A stretch of DNA of 64,000 bases, from positions 874,206 to 938,205 of the forward strand of contig CAWKKA010000004.1 in assembly GCA_963850105.1 (NCBI GenBank), read 5' to 3'. The stretch is from an uncultured Actinomycetota bacterium. Lineage in GTDB: Bacteria; Actinomycetota; Actinomycetes; Streptosporangiales; Streptosporangiaceae. The notes under the pieces are model-generated. The model saw nothing but the letters and a program-made list of their open reading frames with translations. It ran no database searches and had not been told where the DNA came from. A program made the translations under genes and the position numbers. Each line of letters opens with the position of its first letter. Positions within the stretch are counted from its first letter, which is position 1. Below are positions 37,855 to 46,011 of the stretch, piece by piece.

Positions 37855-38259
37855 AATAGGGTCAATGTACTGGTCACCGTCCGGGGGGTGGGCGTGGAAG
37901 AAGCCGGGCTCTCCGCCGAGAGCCGTGGTGACAGCATGGTCATCACGGTCCACGGCGATCTCGACATCATCACCAGTCCCCGGCTTGATGACTGCCTGAC
38001 GCGCGCCCAGAGCACCCACCAGCGGGTGATATTGGATCTCGCTGACGTTGACTTCCTGGATACAAGCGGACTCGCTGTCATCGTCGGCCACTGGAAGAAG
38101 CTTGAGGCGGCTGGCGGAATGCTCGCACTCGCCGGTGCCAGGTACCGGTATACCAAGACACTGTGGATCACAGGCCTGGCGGACAAGCTGACGCTGTACG
38201 AGACCGTAGCTGAAGCACTCGACGCCCAGGCCGAGTCAGCCGGTCCGACTGCCACATAA
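37855..38259 (+). CDS. STAS-domain anti-sigma-factor antagonist
   Basis: VITVHGDLDIITSPRLDDCL...VILDLADVDFLDTSGLAVIVG, with Ser retained at the phosphosite. The start is uncertain (ATG 37855 or GTG 37888). Confidence 0.8.
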   Translation, partial: NRVNVLVTVRGVGVEEAGLSAESRGDSMVITVHGDLDIITSPRLDDCLTRAQSTHQRVILDLADVDFLDTSGLAVIVGHWKKLEAAGGMLALAGARYRYTKTLWITGLADKLTLYETVAEALDAQAESAGPTAT

Positions 38260-38272
38260 CGGAAGGTAGCAG

Positions 38273-39031
38273 GTGCCGAGTTCCGATCTCGCCGATCGTA
38301 CGGCCTCCTTGCTGAGCCTCGCCGCAGCGACCGAAGAGAGGTCGCTGAGCCAGCTCACTTCGCTGGCCGCTAGCCAGGTCTCGGGCTGCGCCGCCGCCAA
38401 CGTGACCATCTGGCGCGACGGCGAGCTGACGAGCCAGGCCGCAAGTCACCCCGAGCCGTCCCGGCTCGTTGCAGTACAAGTCGCTGCCGGACGCGGACCG
38501 CTGATCGACACCGTCGCGGGCGGCGAGACCGTGATCTGCACCGATACCCTCACCGAGACGCGCTGGCCCGAGTTCACGTCGGCCGCGCTTCGGATGGGCG
38601 TCCGTAGCAGCGCCTCGCTGAGTTACCGCGGGCAAGTAGTAGTCGCGCTTACACTTCTTGGCTTGCGGCCGCGCGCCCTGGATCCGGATGGGCTTCAGCT
38701 TGCCGAGCTACTTGTCGCCTACGGGGGCGCGCTCGTCGGTGCTGTCGCAGACTACGGCGACACTCGACGGGTCGCTGACCAGTTGCGCGACGCGGCGAGC
38801 TCGCGCGCGGTCGTCGACCAGGCCAAGGGCATCTTGATGCACGCGCTCGGCTGCAGCGCCGACGAGGCGCTCGAGCGGATGCGCGAGGTGTCGCAGCGCA
38901 GCAACCTGCGGGCCACCGAGGTCGCCCAGCGGGTCATCGACGCCCACAGCGGCCGGTCTGGTCGGGCCGGCCGCGACAGCGTTAGCCAGCTCGCCGACCT
39001 CGCTGGCCGCGCCCGGCGAAAGCCTGAGTGA
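38273..39031 (+). CDS. GAF-ANTAR RNA-binding regulator
   Basis: C-terminal ANTAR helix pattern VVDQAKGILMHALGCSADEALERMREVSQRSNLRATEVAQRVID. GGAAGG RBS and GTG start. Confidence 0.85.
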   Translation: MPSSDLADRTASLLSLAAATEERSLSQLTSLAASQVSGCAAANVTIWRDGELTSQAASHPEPSRLVAVQVAAGRGPLIDTVAGGETVICTDTLTETRWPEFTSAALRMGVRSSASLSYRGQVVVALTLLGLRPRALDPDGLQLAELLVAYGGALVGAVADYGDTRRVADQLRDAASSRAVVDQAKGILMHALGCSADEALERMREVSQRSNLRATEVAQRVIDAHSGRSGRAGRDSVSQLADLAGRARRKPE

Positions 39032-39158
39032 ACTACTGGCGGCAGGCGGCAGATCCCCCTCGTGCTGGCTGGTCACGAGCACGCCTGGCCTGGCACGGCG
39101 CCTGCCTCGATGAGGATCAGCAAACGATCTAACAGCAGCCCATTAGGCTGTCAATACG

Positions 39159-41210
39159 ATGGCAAGGAACCGCCCGGTGCCGCAGCACACGTCCGGCCCA
39201 GCAGGGCCGCGCGGCGAGCTCGACGGGCTCAGGTCGAGGGCGGCAGCACTGCGGCAGGCAGCCGCGCTGCCGCAGCCCGAGCCACAAGCGCTGCTTGAAG
39301 CGGCGCTCGTCGAGCTGGACGGCGCGATCGCTTCCCTCGACGAAGCTAATGGCGATACGGCGACAGGCAGCGACGGCCGGGCGCTGAGCGGGCTGCATTC
39401 AGAGCGCCGGCTCCTGCACGCGGTCTTCACCTGGACACCGGCGCCGCTCTTCGTAGTCGATCATGAGGGCACCGTGCTGCGGGCCAACGCCGCCGCGAGC
39501 GAGCTACTCGGCGTCGGACCCGGCTACGCAACGGGCAAGTCGCTGGGCGCGTTGATCGAGCCAGCCGTTCGTGCAGCCTTGCGGTCGCAGCTCGCTGCCG
39601 CGGCCCGCACTGGCGCCGCCACCCGACTGCGCTGCGGAGTGCTCGCAGACGCCGGCTTGGTCCGGTGCGAGCTTGAGATTCGTCCGCTGGCGGTACGCGG
39701 GGACGCCGATCGGCTGCTCGTAACCGTGAGCGCGAACGGCCCGGCCCGGCCCAATGCCGTGCCACCCAGGGCCAGGTCGGTCCGGTCCGCGCCACCCGGT
39801 ACATTGCCACCCGGTGCGGCGGCCGGTGGACTGCCTGCCGACTCAGCCATCGCCGACACCGCCGACGCCGACACCGCAACGGCCTCCGACGCCCCTGTAG
39901 ACACGGCTGCCAGCGCTGTTGAGGCTGCCGATGCAGCGGCGGTCGCAAGCCTGGCGCGCCGGCTCGACCTGCTGGCTGCGGCCGCCCGGCAGCTGCTGGA
40001 GAGCAGCACGGTCAGCGAATCCGTCTTGCTCCAGCGGGCAGCCCGGCTGCTGACAAGCGCGCTGGCCACTTGGGCTGTGGTCGATGTCCGGCACCGCGGT
40101 CAGCTGCGTCGGCACTATGTCGCTGGGCCCGATGATCCAGAGTCGGCAGGCCTGACCCACGCAGTTGCATCGGCTGATCCCGGCCCCGGCTCGGTGCCTT
40201 ATCGGGTGTATGAGTCGGGCCACACACTGCTCAGCACGCACGTCGACGACGATATGGCGCTCGGCCGGCCAGCGAATGGACCGCCGCTGCTGGCGATGCT
40301 GGGCGGCGCCTCGGTGCTGGCAGTCCCGATGTCGGACGAGTCGCGCCAGTTCGGAGTCCTGACCCTGATCCGGCGGGCTGACGACGGCCAGTTCAGCATG
40401 GCGGAGGCCGGCCTCGTCGAGGAGATTGGAGCTCTCCTGGCCCTGGCCGTGGCGGCCCGGCGGACGCTCCGCCAGCGAACGGAGGCAGCCGACGCGCTCC
40501 GCGCCAGCCTGCTCCCGCCGGTCCTGAAGCCGGTACCAGGGGTCGAGATGGCCTCGGCGCATCTGGCGCCCACTCGCGGCCGCGAGGTAGGCGGCGATTT
40601 CTATGATGTCTACCCCACTCCGGGCGGCTGGGGCGTCGCCATCGGTGACGTCTGCGGGAAGGGTGAGGACGCCGCCGCGGCCACCGCGGCGGCACGCCAC
40701 GCGATCAGGGTACTTGCGCACTCGACGGCTGATCCGGCGGAGGTGCTGCGCGGCGCCAACCAGATCATGCTGGCTGAGGAGTTCGGGGGGCGCTTCGTGA
40801 CGGCGAGCGCCGCCCATCTGAGCTGGCGAGACGGAACGTTGCGCGTCGTGCTCGCGAACGCGGGTCACCCCGCGCCGGTCATCATTAGGCCAGATGGCCG
40901 GACCGAGCAGGTGCCCGGCGGCGGCCTCCCGCTCGGGATCTTCCCCGATCCCGAGCCCGCCAAGATCGAGCTCCAGCTATCCGAGGGAGACGTGCTCTTC
41001 TTCTACACCGACGGCCTCGCCGATGCGCGCAGCCCGCAGGCGACGTACCTCGAAGACAGTCTCACTGACTCCCTCGCCCAACTCGCTGGCCGCCGCGCCG
41101 CCGACATCGTGTCTGACATGCGCAAGGTCGTGCTCGACTTCAGCGAGAGCGTGCTGCACGACGACCTGACCATGCTTGTCTTGCGCGCCGGGACGGCGCC
41201 TGAGCGATAG
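39159..41210 (+). CDS. PAS-GAF-PP2C (SpoIIE/RsbU-type) serine phosphatase
   Basis: LFVVDHEGTVLRANAAASELLG (PAS). A GAF-like central region. GGDFYDVYPTPGGWGVAIGDVCGKGEDAAA...FFYTDGLADA...DDLTMLVLR (PP2C). Confidence 0.85.
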   Translation: MARNRPVPQHTSGPAGPRGELDGLRSRAAALRQAAALPQPEPQALLEAALVELDGAIASLDEANGDTATGSDGRALSGLHSERRLLHAVFTWTPAPLFVVDHEGTVLRANAAASELLGVGPGYATGKSLGALIEPAVRAALRSQLAAAARTGAATRLRCGVLADAGLVRCELEIRPLAVRGDADRLLVTVSANGPARPNAVPPRARSVRSAPPGTLPPGAAAGGLPADSAIADTADADTATASDAPVDTAASAVEAADAAAVASLARRLDLLAAAARQLLESSTVSESVLLQRAARLLTSALATWAVVDVRHRGQLRRHYVAGPDDPESAGLTHAVASADPGPGSVPYRVYESGHTLLSTHVDDDMALGRPANGPPLLAMLGGASVLAVPMSDESRQFGVLTLIRRADDGQFSMAEAGLVEEIGALLALAVAARRTLRQRTEAADALRASLLPPVLKPVPGVEMASAHLAPTRGREVGGDFYDVYPTPGGWGVAIGDVCGKGEDAAAATAAARHAIRVLAHSTADPAEVLRGANQIMLAEEFGGRFVTASAAHLSWRDGTLRVVLANAGHPAPVIIRPDGRTEQVPGGGLPLGIFPDPEPAKIELQLSEGDVLFFYTDGLADARSPQATYLEDSLTDSLAQLAGRRAADIVSDMRKVVLDFSESVLHDDLTMLVLRAGTAPER

Positions 41211-41252
41211 CGCACCGCGTTTGCACCGGGCCGGGTGCGGTAGCTACGGCCG

Positions 41253-42485
41253 GTGGCGACCTCCAGACAGGCAGATCCTCCGCAGTTGCCTCCCGACCCC
41301 TCTGCTGGTGGCGTCGCGCTCGGCGTTGCCGCAACAGGCGCTGCCGCGATCGACAACGGAGCCCAGACGGAGCGTGCCGAGGACAAGCGGGCTGACGACA
41401 AGCTGATGCAGGCTCTGGTCGCTGCCGAGAGGACCGACGGGCTAGGCCGTCCTGGCAGGCCGCTAGACCGGCGGTCGCCGTTCTTCATCGGTATGACCGC
41501 GGCGGCCGGCGTAGCGCTCACATACGGGCTGGTCGAGCTCCTCATCAGGGCCCGGTCCGTACTCGTGCTGATCGGGCTCGCGCTGTTTATCGCAGCCGGC
41601 CTTGATCCGGCGGTTGAGTGGTTGACGCGGCGCCGGATGCCGCGCTGGGCCGCGGTACTAACCGTGATCGCCGCCGTCGCCGCCGTCCTCGCCGGATTCA
41701 TTGTCGCTGCTATCCCGCCGCTCGCCAGCCAGGCGACAGCCCTCGCCCAGCACTTGCCGCTGTACCTGCACGCCCTGCGCAATCCCCACTCCGAGCTCGG
41801 CCGGCTCAACCTCCACTACCACATCCAGGAGCGGATCACGCAGCTGATCAACAACCGCGGCAGCTCTATTGTCGGCGGCGTGCTCGGCGCTGGGATGGTC
41901 GTACTCGGCGCCGCTACCTCAGCCATCGTCCTGGCCGTCCTGACCGTTTACTTCCTCGCGGGCATGCCGCGCATCAAGCGGTTCCTGTACCGGCTCGCCC
42001 CGCAGTCCCGGCGCACCCGGGTCATCTTGCTGGGTGACGAGATCTTCACCAAGGTCGGCGGCTATCTGCTCGGGAACGTCCTGACGTCCGTCGTCGCCGG
42101 CGCCGGCACCTACGTGTGGATGGTCTCGTTCGGCATCCCCTACCCGGCCTTGCTCGCAATCACAGTCGCGCTGCTGGATCTGATACCCGTCATCGGATCG
42201 ACAATCGGCGGCGCGATTGTCACGCTCGTGGCCCTGACCATCTCGATACCGGTGGCGGGCCTGACGCTGGCGTTCTATGTTGCGTACCGCCTCGCCGAGG
42301 ATTATCTGCTCGTGCCGAGAATCATGGGCCGGACGGTGCAGGTGCCGGCCGCGGTCACCGTGGTGTCCGTATTGATCGGGGCGACGCTCCTCGGCCTGGT
42401 CGGCGCCCTAGTCGCCATCCCGGCCGCGGCGGCAGTACGGCTCCTGCTTCAGGAGATCACGTTCCTCCGGATGGATAAGACGTAA
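41253..42485 (+). CDS. AI-2E (PerM) family transporter
   Basis: Multi-TM protein with ...LDLIPVIGSTIGGAIVTLVAL... The start is uncertain (GTG 41253 or ATG 41406). Confidence 0.8.
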   Translation: MATSRQADPPQLPPDPSAGGVALGVAATGAAAIDNGAQTERAEDKRADDKLMQALVAAERTDGLGRPGRPLDRRSPFFIGMTAAAGVALTYGLVELLIRARSVLVLIGLALFIAAGLDPAVEWLTRRRMPRWAAVLTVIAAVAAVLAGFIVAAIPPLASQATALAQHLPLYLHALRNPHSELGRLNLHYHIQERITQLINNRGSSIVGGVLGAGMVVLGAATSAIVLAVLTVYFLAGMPRIKRFLYRLAPQSRRTRVILLGDEIFTKVGGYLLGNVLTSVVAGAGTYVWMVSFGIPYPALLAITVALLDLIPVIGSTIGGAIVTLVALTISIPVAGLTLAFYVAYRLAEDYLLVPRIMGRTVQVPAAVTVVSVLIGATLLGLVGALVAIPAAAAVRLLLQEITFLRMDKT

Positions 42486-42517
42486 TCGGGGGAGGTCGGC
42501 CGGATCCAGCAGCCTGG

Positions 42518-42787
42518 CTAGCTGACCCGCTGGGCCAGCCTTTTCTGCGCGGCTATGGCACGCCGCTCATCTTCCGTCGTGCCGCCCCAGATGCCGTGCG
42601 GCTGGCCGGTAGCGAGCGCGTAGTCCAGGCACTGCTGGCGAATTGCGCAGCGCCGGCAGACGGCCTTGGCACGCGAGACGTCCATCAGGCCTACACCGGC
42701 GGCCGCAACCGGGAAGAACAAGTCGGGATCTGCCGTCTGGCAAGCCGCCAGCTCCCACCAGTCACCGATACCGGCCTTCGTCGCCAT
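42518..42787 (-). CDS. WhiB-family (Wbl) iron-sulfur transcription factor
   Basis: MATKAGIGDWWELAACQTADPDLFFP...AKAVCRRCAIRQQCLDYAL...GIWGGTTEDERR (four Cys plus the GIWGG turn). Confidence 0.9.
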   Translation of the reverse strand: MATKAGIGDWWELAACQTADPDLFFPVAAAGVGLMDVSRAKAVCRRCAIRQQCLDYALATGQPHGIWGGTTEDERRAIAAQKRLAQRVS

Positions 42788-42878
42788 AGCCGCACCTTCC
42801 TGCCCAGATGCCACAAGCTGCCCGCTGCGCCGCGGTTTACACCTAGCGGCGCCGGGGAAGCTAAAAGCCCGGACCGCT

Positions 42879-43754
42879 ATGGAGAGGACCATGCTGGCTG
42901 ACGCCGCGCCGGCCAGTGCCGTGCCGCCTAGCGGACGCTCGGCCGTAGTCATGGGCGGCGGCGGTGTGTTCGGCGCCACGCAAGTGGGCATGCTGCGGGC
43001 GCTGCTGGAGACCGGCTTCCAGCCTGACGTGGTGATCGGTACAAGTGTCGGCGCTCTGAACGGCGCGGCGATCGCGGCGAACCCCACGACAGCCGGTGTT
43101 GACGTCCTGGCCGACCTGTGGAGCTCCCTCGGCGAGACGGGCATGTTCACCGAGAACGTATTTGCTCGGGCAAGCACGCTAGCGCGCTACCGGACCCACC
43201 TGTACTCGCCGACGCCGTTGCGCGCGCTGCTGTCCAGCCACCTTCCGGCCACGTTCGAGGAGCTGACCATCCCATTCCAGTGCGTGGCCGCGAGCATCGA
43301 GCGGGCCGTTGCACATTGGTTCAGCGCCGGAAGCCTGATCGACGCGGTCATGGCGTCGTGCGCCGTGCCGGGGCTGCTGCCGCCGGTGACGATCGATGGC
43401 GAGCATTTCCTCGACGGCGGGCTCGTGCATTCCATCCCTGTCGGGCGCGCCCTGGCCCTCGGGGCGACCGAGATCTATGTCTTGCACGTCGGTCGGATCG
43501 AGCAGCCCCTGACGGCGCCGCGATCGCTCTGGGACGTCTGCCTGATCTCCTTCGAGGTCGCTCGTCGGCACCGGTTCGTTGAGGAGATGGCCAGCCTGCC
43601 GCCCGACGTGCGAGTCCATGTGCTTCCGAGCGGCGAGGACAAGATGCCGCTCATGTCTATGCGCTACCGGCACGCCAAGGCGGCTGCTGCCCGGATGCAG
43701 CGCGGTTACGAGGCCGCCACGGAGTACTTGTCGAGCCAGGCAGATACCGCATGA
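42879..43754 (+). CDS. Patatin-like phospholipase
   Basis: VVMGGGGVFGATQVG (oxyanion GGG), GTSVGALNG (GxSxG), LDGGLVH (DGG catalytic Asp). Confidence 0.85.
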   Translation: MERTMLADAAPASAVPPSGRSAVVMGGGGVFGATQVGMLRALLETGFQPDVVIGTSVGALNGAAIAANPTTAGVDVLADLWSSLGETGMFTENVFARASTLARYRTHLYSPTPLRALLSSHLPATFEELTIPFQCVAASIERAVAHWFSAGSLIDAVMASCAVPGLLPPVTIDGEHFLDGGLVHSIPVGRALALGATEIYVLHVGRIEQPLTAPRSLWDVCLISFEVARRHRFVEEMASLPPDVRVHVLPSGEDKMPLMSMRYRHAKAAAARMQRGYEAATEYLSSQADTA

Positions 43755-44821
43755 GGCCCCCGCCCGCGTTCATCCGCCGAGCTGTGCTCGATCCGATCTG
43801 GATCCCGCTGGCGCTTGGCCTCGCAGTATTGCTGAGTGCGGTCGCGGCGATCGCGACGCTGGTTGCGCCGCTGAGCCGGCGACGACGGCTGCCGCGGCTG
43901 TGTCTGTTCGGCGCGCTGTATCTGACGGTGAATGCGAGCCTTGTCCTCTGCTGCGCCGGGTGCTGGCTGCGCTACCCTCTTGCCTCCCGCGACCAGGCTC
44001 GCTGGTCGCGGCTGCATGAGGTACTGCTGCGCCGGGCGCTCTCACTGCTAGTCACTGCGGCCAGGCCCCTGCTCGGCTTCCGGGTTGTAGTGCAGGAGCC
44101 ACCGGATAGCCACCTGATCACCGGCAGGCCGCTGCTGCTGCTTGCCCGGCACGGTGGACCCGGCGACTCGTTCGCCCTAGTGGAGCTTCTGATGTCGCGG
44201 TACCGGCGCCGGCCGGCCATCGTGCTGAAGGAGACGCTCCGCTGGGATCCAGGCCTGGATGTGCTGCTTGGGCGGCTGCCGTCGTGCTTCATCGGCCGTG
44301 GCGAACGGAGCAAGGCACCCGAGCGGCTTGCCACACTGGCCCAGGCGATGCGCAGCGATGACGCCATCCTGCTGTTCCCCGAAGGCGGTAACTGGACCCC
44401 AGGCCGGCACAGCCGCGCCATTGCCCGGCTAATGCATGCTGGCCGCCGCCAGGCAGCGGTGGACGCGGCCGAGAACCGCAACGTACTACCGCCGCAGCCG
44501 ACCGGCATGCTGGCCTGCATGTCGGGCCGACCGGACCTGACGGTCGCGGTGGTCGCGCACACGGGCCTGGAAGACCTCGTCGGCCCCGGCCAAATCTGGC
44601 GAGCGGTGCCCGTGGGTGCCCGCCCGATGATCGTCCGCTGGTGGTTCCAGCCAGCCCGCAGCCTGCCCGCTACCGAGAACGGCCGGCGGGAGTGGCTGCG
44701 GCTCCAGTGGGCACTCGTGGACTCCTGGATCGATGCCAGGAAGGCCGCGAGGACACGGCCGGGCAACGTAGCCTCCGTGCCCGAGGCGCCGTTCGCCGGC
44801 ACAGCCGCCGACGATCGCTGA
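43751..44821 (+). CDS. PlsC-type lysophospholipid acyltransferase with N-terminal TM helices
   Basis: ARHGGPGDSF (HX4D) and LLFPEGGNWT (FPEG). Its start overlaps the patatin stop (ATGA). Confidence 0.75.
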   Translation: MRPPPAFIRRAVLDPIWIPLALGLAVLLSAVAAIATLVAPLSRRRRLPRLCLFGALYLTVNASLVLCCAGCWLRYPLASRDQARWSRLHEVLLRRALSLLVTAARPLLGFRVVVQEPPDSHLITGRPLLLLARHGGPGDSFALVELLMSRYRRRPAIVLKETLRWDPGLDVLLGRLPSCFIGRGERSKAPERLATLAQAMRSDDAILLFPEGGNWTPGRHSRAIARLMHAGRRQAAVDAAENRNVLPPQPTGMLACMSGRPDLTVAVVAHTGLEDLVGPGQIWRAVPVGARPMIVRWWFQPARSLPATENGRREWLRLQWALVDSWIDARKAARTRPGNVASVPEAPFAGTAADDR

Positions 44822-44930
44822 GGACCTGGCGCGCCGAAGTCCCGCGCGTTTGTGCCGTTACCTACAGGGCAGATCGGGGTGCCGGCCACACACAGGGCAA
44901 GCCTGTGTAACGGCCCGCACGGAGGCAGTC

Positions 44931-45773
44931 ATGGTCACCCGCTCAGCCCGCCGAAGATCGGCCGGCGCACGATACGCAGGCCGCCGAGCGGCCAACAGCA
45001 TGTTTATGGCCGGCCTTGCCCGCGCTGGTCTGACCGCCCGCGGCGTGATGTACGGACTCATCGGCATCATCGCGGTGCAGATCGCCCTGGGCAACGCGCA
45101 CCAGCAGGCCGACCGCAGTGGCGCACTCCGGCTGGTGGCCGCCACTCCGTTCGGCAAACTCATGCTGTGGCTGCTCGTCATCGGGTTCGCTGGCCTAACC
45201 CTGTGGCGCTTGTCCGAGGCTGCGTTCGGCGCGGCCGGAACGGACGGCCACAAGACCAGCACGCGCGTGGTCTGTCTCATCAAGGCCGTCATCTACGGTG
45301 TGCTGACGTACAGCGTCCTGAAGTACGCACTCGGGCTTGGCGCGCCGTCGTCTACTAACCAGCAGTCGCAGGACCTGACGGCTACCGCGCTGAAGCACCA
45401 GGGCGGCCAGGCGGTTGTAGCCATCGTCGGCGTCATCATCGTCGGAGTTGGCCTGAACCTTGCCTATCAGGCCTATCGTCGCAAGTTCCTGCGCGATATG
45501 CGCATGGGCTCCGCGTCGCCGACCACGCGGAAGGTCGTGACGTGGCTTGGCGAGGTTGGCGGTGTAGCCCGCGGCGCGGTCTTCGTCACGGTAGGCATCT
45601 TCCTGGTAGTAGCTGCCGTAGAGGCGAAGCCAGGGCAGGCCAAGGGCATCGACTCGGCCTTGCGCGCGCTCGCTCATACGCCGTTCGGGCCCTGGCTGCT
45701 CGGCCTCGTGGCCGTCGGCCTGGTGCTGTTCGGCGTGTACTCGTGCTGCGAAGCGCGCTGGCGCGAGGTCTGA
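44931..45773 (+). CDS. DUF1206-family membrane protein
   Basis: Three repeats of the G(L/V)ARG(V/A)(M/V/F)Y..IG pattern, with TM helices. Confidence 0.75.
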   Translation: MVTRSARRRSAGARYAGRRAANSMFMAGLARAGLTARGVMYGLIGIIAVQIALGNAHQQADRSGALRLVAATPFGKLMLWLLVIGFAGLTLWRLSEAAFGAAGTDGHKTSTRVVCLIKAVIYGVLTYSVLKYALGLGAPSSTNQQSQDLTATALKHQGGQAVVAIVGVIIVGVGLNLAYQAYRRKFLRDMRMGSASPTTRKVVTWLGEVGGVARGAVFVTVGIFLVVAAVEAKPGQAKGIDSALRALAHTPFGPWLLGLVAVGLVLFGVYSCCEARWREV

Positions 45774-45931
45774 GTGGCCTGACCGGTCCTTGATCAGCAC
45801 CGGTCCTTTGTCGGCTAGCTGCCGAAATAGTCGTGCATATCACGGGGCCGACCGGGCAGTAGGCAGAGCTGGCGCCGGGTCCAGCCCCCGCTCCCCGGCG
45901 CCGCCACAAGGCTCACTGACCGACACTCGTT

Positions 45932-46000
45932 AGAACGACGCGCTCGAAACGACGTGCTCGAAACGACGGACTTCGAAACGACGGACTTCGAAACGACGGA
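45932..46000. repeat. 13-15-bp tandem repeat x5 (c[t]tcgaaacgacgga), ending 11 nt before the GT2 start
   Basis: Units at 45932, 45945, 45959, 45974 and 45989. Each contains ttcgaa or tcgaa. The GGAGAGGG RBS follows immediately. Confidence 0.85.
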
Positions 46001-46011
46001 GAGGGTCCTCA

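Noticed and set aside
42879-43754. Patatin phospholipase as a CBASS or other anti-phage effector
   Set aside because: There is no cyclase, nucleotide sensor or other defence gene nearby. It is translationally coupled to a PlsC acyltransferase, which fits lipid remodelling better.
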